DNA of 43,875 bases, counting the filler, from Jimgerdemannia flammicorona (taxonomy: Eukaryota), in the NCBI GenBank assembly GCA_003990765.1. It is 2 parts of 2 records of this genome, joined end to end, with 100 filler letters (N's around TTAATTAATTAA, not from the genome) between each part and the next. Parts side by side here need not be neighbours in the genome. Positions count along the whole stretch, not along the records: positions 21,992 to 43,875 come from RBNJ01001373.1; 1 more part is not named here. One strand, given 5' to 3'. The notes under the pieces were generated by a model that did not search any database, had not been told where the DNA came from, and saw only the letters and a program-made list of their open reading frames with translations. The position numbers and the translations under genes are program-made. Positions 36,149-43,875 of this stretch are shown piece after piece. The number at the start of each line of letters is the position of its first letter. Position 1 is the stretch's first letter.

Positions 36149-36600
36149 ATGAAGTATGAAATAGTACAAGAGCAGACCACCTATTCAATGCACTATCTGA
36201 ATGGCTTACTAGAAAAATCCAAGACAAGGATGCCTAGTTAGTTGTGATCACCAATAATAGTGCCTAGCAAGAATCAAGACCATGGTCAAGTGAATTCTAA
36301 TAGCTGGACCAATTCTGCCTAAAGACAATTTAACAATAAGAAAAAGACTTGGACCAAGAAAGAAGAACCCAAGTATAAAACATTCTGAGCTCCCTCAACA
36401 TCTATCTCATGGACACTCAGAAATCATAAATCCACCCAGCTGAGTACCTTCAAGAAACTCACTGAAGGAGAAAGGAATAAACTTTAAAGAAGTAGAGCAT
36501 GCTTCTAATGCTAAAAGACAGAATACATGGCCAGTGCCTGCCCTAACCAAAAACCCCAAACAGCAATATGAGCAACTGTTACTACTCTGCACCACCTCAA
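32330..36600 (+). pseudogene. Element C gag, split by LINE copy 3; 5' boundary approximate
   Basis: LSLPTFNGTAQEVQSFI.., VVTFF*GSAKEW*, degenerate CCHC knuckle at ~36500-36545. Confidence 0.72.
33080..36144 (+). mobile_element. 5'-truncated L1/Tx1-like LINE copy 3 (RT and C-terminus of ORF2, poly(A))
   Basis: Perfect 16-bp TSD AATGATGAAGTATGAA (33064-33079 and 36145-36160), long pure poly(A), FLDQEKAYDRV, QGDPLSPILY, AFADD. Confidence 0.96.
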
Positions 36601-36625
36601 TAACCTAACTACCAGAACACTAGAC

Positions 36626-37025
36626 TTTGTCAAGTTAAGATAAACAGCTAAGACCCCAACTAAAGGAAGTCAAAAAGCAGCTGGATATGACCTGTATGTA
36701 GCTGAAGAAGCTATAGTTTCTAACTGAGAAGTTAAGTAAGTCTATATAGAAATCAGCATCCAAATTCCTGAAGGATATATTGGAAGAATATACTGTTGCA
36801 GCAGCCTAGCATTGAAAGGACTCTCAGTAGAAGGAGAAGTCATTGATGAAGATTATATAGGTGAAATTATTATTCTTATCTGAAACCACAGTTGGATACC
36901 CTTCAAGATTCCCATAGGTTTCTGTATTGCCCAGATCCTATTTGAAAAAATAGAGTCAACTCTGACAGTCAAGGAAGTCCCTGAACTACTATCTACCATC
37001 TGAGAATTCAAAGGATTTGGCTTAT
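36626..37025 (+). pseudogene. dUTPase domain of element C
   Basis: KAAGYDLY, GRIYCCSSLALKG, VIDEDYIGEI, CIAQILF and FKGFG correspond to dUTPase motifs 1-5. Confidence 0.9.
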
Positions 37026-37244
37026 TAAACAAGACCCCAGCCCAACCCACCATGAGTAAAGAAGAACAATTCTACAAAAAAATTGAAGACAAATATGTAC
37101 CAAGTGGCCAATGCCTCCATGGTATTGGAATGTACTCTTCCCAAATAATTGATGATTGCTTCTCTTGTGTCAATGAACTGGCTTAAAGAAGAACTAATAG
37201 AAGAAAAGCTCCTACAACTGAAATCACCACCATTAGATCAGAAA

Positions 37245-37590
37245 AACTACTTACACTTCAAGCTTTTGTTAACTGAGTACCTGTCAAGATTATGATAGAC
37301 AGCAGTACCTCAGACAACTTCATCAATGAAGAAACAGCCAACAGACTCAAGGTCTTCACCTCTCTGGTACAATAAACTCAAGCTGATGGAATCTCACATG
37401 TCATTAGCAAGGAAGTCTACAATCTGCCCTTCTGAATTAGTAACTACCAAGTATATGTTATCCTCCAAATCATACCACTCTCTGACAATGAAATTATTCT
37501 TGGGACTCCATAGTTAAAACAAGAGAACCCCATGATCAATTGGGTAAACCATTCTCTGACCATTAAGAAAAGATGCCACAACTTCAAATT
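37245..37590 (+). pseudogene. Element C aspartic protease
   Basis: VKIMIDSSTSDNFI ... IILGTP*LKQENPMINW. Confidence 0.8.
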
Positions 37591-37972
37591 GCAAGGTGAA
37601 AAGGACCCACTCAGCTCTCATGACCCTAGACCAAAGATCACCTACATCAACAAGCTATAGCTCAAGAAATTGGCCAAGAAATGTTCTCTTTTTGCCATCT
37701 CCATCTGCCCATCTAATGGAGAGCCTGAGAACTCTGAAGAAGACTTTCCAAAGTTGACAGCCATGTTAGACCACTACTCCAGAAAGTCTGAGATACATTT
37801 CTGAACTGAACCACAGAACCACCTGTACCTTTTATTATTAATAACTAAGAAGAGTACAAAGTTGAACAAATCCTCAATAAACATAGTCACAAAAACCATC
37901 CAAATGGTATAACAATACTAGAACAAATTAGAAGGCCCCGACAAGGACATCAAAAGCTAAGAAGGGGAGAGT

Positions 37973-39455
37973 TGTAAGCACACAATCTCCAAGCTACCAA
38001 AGTTGCATATCATCCTCAGAACTAATTTGGAAACTATATATAAGACTACAAAACAAGTTACTAAAGAGATCATCTGGTTATACAAAATATACCAATAAGC
38101 ACAAGAACTCTCCACCAAGATACAAGAATACCAGAAGAAGTACTACAACCATAAGACTGACTCTAAATCTTTATAACTAGTTTGGTATACTATATTATTA
38201 TAAAAGGAAACCAAAAGTACCAAAATCAAACCAAAATAAGAAAACCCCTATCTCACCCATCAAAAGGTTCACGAACTGCACTTATTAACTCAAGACTAAA
38301 ATATATCATAACTATATAAGACCTCATTACTTAGCAGAAGTAAAATGTATTTGAACAATTCTGTTTGCTCTATCTGTATTACCTCTGTTGGAGAGTGACG
38401 AATGCTTCATCTGAACTCAAGAAAGCTGACATTGTTAAAACCAATCTCAAGCCATCTACATGATAGATAATACTATTAGAAATTGCCTCAGATTACAGAA
38501 AATATCATTTCTGAGAGATTTGAACCCCCAGCTATGATATTGAGAGTCTTTGCCCTAAATAAGGTTGGCCAGTCCTTGCAAATGCATCAGCAGATCAAAA
38601 AAAAAGAGAACTAAGACCTGTTATCCTTGTACAACCACTGCCACCAAGGACAGCCTTAATCTTGCAAGAGATAGAAGTGATAATACCTTTGAAACTGATG
38701 ATGTCAGAAGTCAGAAAACTACTCAGACTTTGTCAGTAATGATGTCATTAATAGTGATATCATTGAAGACTACCCAGATAGCATCTAAACCTATAAATAG
38801 CTTAGCAGTCATAGTATAGTTAGATTAGCCTTTTATTATGTAACTGTGAACTGATTCAGCAGTCAGATGATCTCTTGATATGTCAGAACTACATGACTAC
38901 ATTCTGACTCAGCAAAGTACTAAGTACTATATCTATATCTAATATAGTCCAGATAGCCCCTTACTAGTATAAATACTCCCTCCCCCAGACCTCAGAATCT
39001 CAGTCAAGAATACATAAGAATATTCCTGAATACTTCTCCACAATATTCCTTCATATAAACTACTCCTAGTATAGTAATATCATAAATAGTAAATAAACCT
39101 ATTTAATAACCCACAAACTACTCTTAAATAAACCTGCTCTCCATTAGGTCCCACTCCTAACCCTATCACAAAATTTCCTAATTGGGTATTATCTGCAGTA
39201 ATATACCAATTCAACTAAGCTGGTCTTAGTTTCTTAAACTTCTTAAAATATAGAATATCCTGAACATCTAGAACTAGTCTGAAAAAGAACTTTGATTGAG
39301 ACATCAATCTGATCTTAAAATCAATAAGCATAAAGGATATACTCCATATGAAATTGATCTTGACCATAAGAAAACAGTCTTCCAGAATATCCAGAACTTT
39401 CAGAAAACTCTTCTAGAACTATGTAACAGTTACCCTAAAAAGCAACTCTCTTATA
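37973..39455 (+). repeat. 3' LTR of element C
   Basis: 1483 bp, TGTAAG...CTTATA, follows the PPT. Confidence 0.92.
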
Positions 39456-40034
39456 ATAAGTTATGGTACTATGAGTTGTGGAGTTGTAGTAAGCTAGTGA
39501 CTATGGTTCATATCATTCATACTTGGGTAGTAGAGTGGTTGATTTGATCTCAAGGGTTGTCTGAAGGTACAGATTGTGTTCTCTGGTCTCTTCATTGTAG
39601 TTGAAGTAGTCAGGGGTAAATGTGGGATAGTACTCATACTAGTGATCATTATCTTAATAGGTCTTGTAGGTGGTTATAAACTGTTGCAAACTCATTGGTA
39701 AGATTGACAGAGTGATCAGAGTTGGCAGAGATTCTTAAGTTAAGGTCATATCAGCATTAGAGGGATCATTGTCTTCTGCTTTGTCTTCATCAAATCAGAT
39801 TATATCATAGATATCCTTCATAGTATATCTAATTTGAGGTATTTGTAGAATGTGGTCATCGGGGTGTGGGAAGGTTCTATCTATGGTCTGAACATACTCA
39901 ATATACTTGTGATTGAGTTCTTATATTATGTTGTCAATTTGGCCATAGGAAAAAGTAGCAACCATTTCAGTGGTAGTAACTCAGAGATAGGAAATAAAGG
40001 TGCTATACTTATAGAAGAGTTCTTGATATTTGCA

Positions 40035-42056
40035 TATAAGAGAGTTGCTTTTTAGAATAACTATTATATAGTTCTGAAAGGGTTTTTTGGAAGTTCTGGA
40101 TGTTCTGGAAGACTGTTTTTCTTAAGGTCAAGATCAATTTCATATGGAGTATATCCTCTATGCTTATTGATTTTAAGATCAGATTGACATCTCAATCAAA
40201 GTCCTTTTTCGGACTAGTCCTGGATGTTTAGGATTTCCCATATTTCAGAAAGTTCAAGAAACTAAAACCAGCTTAGTTTAATTGGCATATCGCTGCAGAC
40301 AATACCCAATTAGGAAATTTTGTGATGGGGTTAGGAGTGGGACCTAACAGAGAGTAGATTTACTTAAGAGTGGTTTGTAGGTTATTAAATAGGTTTATTC
40401 ATTATTCATGATATTGCTATACTAGGAGTAGTTATATAAAGGGATATTGTGGGGAAGTGCTCAGGAGTTGTGTTCAGATTGTTCAAGTCTTATTATCTGA
40501 GATTCTGAGGTCTGGGGGAGGGGGTATTTATACTAGTGAGGGGCTATCTGAACTATGCTAAATGTGGATATATGTAGCACTAAGTGCCTTGCTGAGTTGA
40601 AATACAGTCATATAGTACATACAAGGCTAATCTAACTATACTATGACTGCTAAGCTATTTATAGGTTTAGACACTGTCTGAGTAGTCTTTGATGACATCA
40701 CCATCGATGACATCATCTCTGATGAAGTAGTTATCTAGGAAAAGTGGTTCGCAGATTACTTCTCCTTGTTTACTGAGGTAATAATACATTGGAACTTCAT
40801 CTCCATCTCACAAGATGGCATCATCAGTCTCATATGCTGGGTAAGGTGTTAGTAGGTGAAGGAGGGATATATCATCTTTGCTTTCATCGGATTTGCTGTC
40901 TGCATATCTTCTGTAGGTTATAGTACTATGAGTCGCAGGGTTATAGTAAGCTGGTAGCTGTAGTTCATGTCACTCATACTTAGGTGGTGGAGTGGTTGGT
41001 TCGATCTCAAGGGTTATCTGAAGGTACAGGTTGTATTCTCTGGTCTCTTCATTGTAGTTGAAGTAATCAGAGATAAACACAGGTTGGTATTCATACCAGT
41101 GGTCATTGTCCCAATAAGTCTTGTATGTAGTTATGAACTATTGTAAGTTCATCAGCAAGGTTGGTGGCATGATCAGGGTTGGTAGAGATCCTTGGCTTGA
41201 GGTCATGTTGGCATCAGAGGGATCATTGTCTTCTGCTTTATCTTTGTCAAAGTGGATTATATCGTAGACATCCTTCATACATAGTATAACTGACTTGGGG
41301 CATTTGCAGGATATGATCGTTGGGGTGTGGGAAGGTTCTGTCTGTGGTTTCAACATACTCAAGGTACTTGTGGTTGAGTTCCTGTATCATTTCATCAATT
41401 TGGCCATAGGACAGGGTAGCAACCATTTTGTTAATAGTAACTTGGAGGCAGAGAATAATGGTGCTGTACTCATAGAAGAGATCTCGATATTTGCGGGTGA
41501 TGAGTTTCTGATGTTGAGATATCTGGGTAATATCTATATCATAGTGGTGTTCAACCATGTCTTCTAGGAGGTGGCCGATCTGGTAGTAGCTTGAGATTTG
41601 TCTGATCTGGTGGGCCTTATTAAGTATATTCAGAGTATTCCAATGGACTTTTACGAAGTAGAGGGGTGCTAGGCTATGGATATTCATGAGGGACAAAGGG
41701 GATGTGGCTTGGTTGATAATAGCATTCCAAATGTCAGCATAGATACAGTTGTAGATCTCAGTGGTCATGTTTGTATGTTTGGAAGTTATGGTTGTTATTT
41801 GTTTTGGTTCTCTGTTTTGAAACATCTTGGTACTTGGTATATATACATTTGGTCCTGATTAGTAAGATTTTGTTTATGTGAATCTTGTATTCTGTGACTT
41901 TGTATTGACTCAGCTTTGTACACTGTGACTTCAGTTTGACTCAGCTTCGTGATCAAGCAGGTGATTTCCAGATTTGTTTGGAGGTCGCATGTGATTTCAG
42001 TGGCTTGTTCAGAGAGTGACATGTGATTTTGGTGACTTGGAGATTGTGTGCTTATA
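40035..42056 (-). repeat. Family-D solo LTR D3 (2022 bp), inserted in D2
   Basis: Same termini as the C LTRs; 5-bp TSD TTGCA/TTACA (40030-40034 and 42057-42061). Confidence 0.9.
40667..41768 (-). pseudogene. ~365-aa protein of unknown function encoded inside the D LTR (3 stops, one 4-bp duplication)
   Basis: MTTEIYNCIYADIWNAII...YKTYWDNDHWYEYQP...PPPKYE...DVIKDYSDSV*; same frame recoverable in D1 and D2 with different lesions. Confidence 0.75.
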
Positions 42057-42659
42057 TTACAAGTGATGAGTTTCTAGTGTTAAGACATCTGAATAATATT
42101 TGTATCATGATGGTGTTTGATCATGTCTTCCAGGAGGCAGCCAATCTGATAGTAACTTGAGATTTATCTGATTTAGTAGGCTTCACTAAGTATGTTTAGA
42201 ACATTCCATTGGGCTTCCATGAAGTAGAAAGATGCTAGACTATAGATATTCATAAGGGGCAGAGGGGGTATAGCTCAGTTGACAATGGCATTCTAAATGT
42301 CAGCATGGATGTGATTGTAGATCTCAGTGGTCATGTTTGTATATATTCAGAAGTTGTGGTTATTGTTTGTTTTGGTTCTCTATTTTGATATATCTTGGTG
42401 CTTGGTATATATACATTTGGTTCTGATTGGTAAGATCTCATTTGTGTAAATCTTGTATATATTCTGTGACTTCATATTGACTCAGCTTTGTATGCTGTAA
42501 CTTCAGTTTGACTCAGCTTTGTATATTGTGACTTTGGTTTGACTCAGCTTTATAATCTTACAGGTGATTTCCAGATTTGTTCAGAGCTCACATATGATTT
42601 CAGTGACTTGTTCAGAGGGTGACATGTGATTTTGGTGGCTTGGAGGTTGTATGCTTACA

Positions 42660-42983
42660 ACTAGAACATTCTTGTCTTTCCTTGGCACCAAGCATCTTGT
42701 CTTAGCTAGTCATAGAACCTTTTAGAACATTGTAGAATAGTATTAGTCAGCTTTGCTGAGAATCTATTTTTTGACATTTCTCTTTCTTTCCAAGATCTTT
42801 CTAGATCTTTCTTTCAGATTATATATAAATATCCTTGTTCTCTATCTGAATAAAGCTTAGAATATTTTCTCTCAGAAATCCTTTAAGAATACTTGAACCT
42901 TTAAGTATCTCTTTGAGCTACTTTAGGTCAACTAGAACTTTCAGATTTAGCTACTTCTTCTTAAAGAAACTAGAACTGTTACA
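42660..42983 (+). repeat. 3' portion of a family-A LTR, interrupted by D2
   Basis: Matches 21408-21731; ends GAACTGTTACA. Confidence 0.88.
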
Positions 42984-43579
42984 TTCTTAATCAACCATAT
43001 TGATATATATCATTAGGTAAGTAATTTTTAGTAGAGATTACTATACCTCTTATTTCACTATATAATTTGGCAATAATTTGTTTCTCTTAGCAATGACAGT
43101 ATTATCTTCTGTTACTTAAAAAACTTTGTTTGCTTTCTCAGCCCCTTCTGAAGATAAAGCTTTTTATGAAACTTCTTTAATTTCTAAACTTCTATAATTT
43201 TCTTTATATTTGGAAACAATTTATATATAAAAATGAGATAGGTTTTGGGCAGTAATTAGTCCTATTGGTATACTAATTTTGTCAATCTTTTTAATAATAT
43301 CTTAAAGTCTAGGCAAAATATCAGCTTATTCTTATCTAGTTATTTCTTTAAAATTTTCAGTATAATATTTAGTACATAATACTGTATGATCTTTGGAGTT
43401 TTGTCTTAAAACCACTCTAGTAGTAATGCTTTTTCCTAAATCAGAGACTTGACTTTTAAGTATTCTTTTTTTAAGTATTTCCATTTTATCATATATATAA
43501 CAAACTATTTCACTCTCTTTGACACTTTTGAGACAAATATAACTAGGAATATTATCTGATTTTCAAGAGAAATGTTGAT

Positions 43580-43875
43580 CTCATCTTTCTCCGGTAACAT
43601 TCAGATTACACAACCTTTTGGCAACACTTTCAACACAGTTTCTGGAGAAAAGCTACTAGTATCATGGCGACCAATGAGCATTCAGAGGTGCATATTGGGC
43701 AGGATGGCCCTGGAGTGTTTGAATAGCAGCAGGTGGGGAGAGGCCCCGGCTTGGGGGGAAGTATGAGGGGCCTGCTGGTGGGGGGCCACAGTGGAAGAGG
43801 GGGTGGAGCTGGAGGTCAAGGGTCTGGCAGGGTGAGCTTTGCGGAGAAGGTGAAGGGGGGTCGGCAGGGAGCAGG
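43580..43875 (+). mobile_element. 5' end of LINE copy 4 (5'UTR and start of ORF1 at ~43663), runs off the window
   Basis: Reverse-complement homolog of 27560-27859; retains more CpGs than the other copies. Confidence 0.9.

Larger units (their letters stand above)
29656..39455 (+). mobile_element. Internally deleted (non-autonomous) Ty3/Gypsy element C: LTR-gag-dUTPase-PR-[RT/RH/IN missing]-chromodomain remnant-PPT-LTR
   Basis: Two ~1.48-kb LTRs, TSD ATAGG/ATAAG (29651-29655 and 39456-39460), PBS-like TAATAGCAGTAG near 31513, PPT AAGAAGGGGAGAG before 37973. Confidence 0.9.
29364..42659 (-). repeat. Family-D LTR copy D2 in three pieces (42062-42659, 39461-40034, 29364-29655), split by D3 and element C
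   Basis: Pieces rejoin colinearly with intact D3; starts TGTAAGCA at 42659. Confidence 0.85.

Overview
Eukaryotic, probably fungal, repeat-dense DNA made almost entirely of nested, mutationally decayed transposable elements. I found no intact host gene, RNA gene or CRISPR array. An artificial N/TTAATTAATTAA/N linker (21892-21991) splits the window, so the two halves may not be adjacent. Left half: a dUTPase- and chromodomain-carrying Ty3/Gypsy element (family A, copy A2, +) holds an inverted copy of itself (A1, -). A1 holds a hAT-like end and an L1/Tx1-like LINE, and the LINE holds a complete Ty3/Gypsy element (B, 3025-10327; 514-bp LTRs, CTATC target-site duplication, TSD). Main result: between integrase and the polypurine tract (PPT), element B carries an extra 352-codon intronless frame (8724-9782) behind its own TATA box. 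Read through 12 transition-type stops, it matches both cyclin folds by eye, i.e. a retrotransposon-borne cyclin that the ORF track misses. Right half: three more LINE copies, a deleted dUTPase-carrying Gypsy element (C), a hAT-type MITE with an 8-bp TSD, and ~2-kb LTRs (family D) that encode a ~365-aa unknown protein inside U3. Copies are dominated by C>T/G>A transitions. All protein assignments are manual motif recognition, not database searches.
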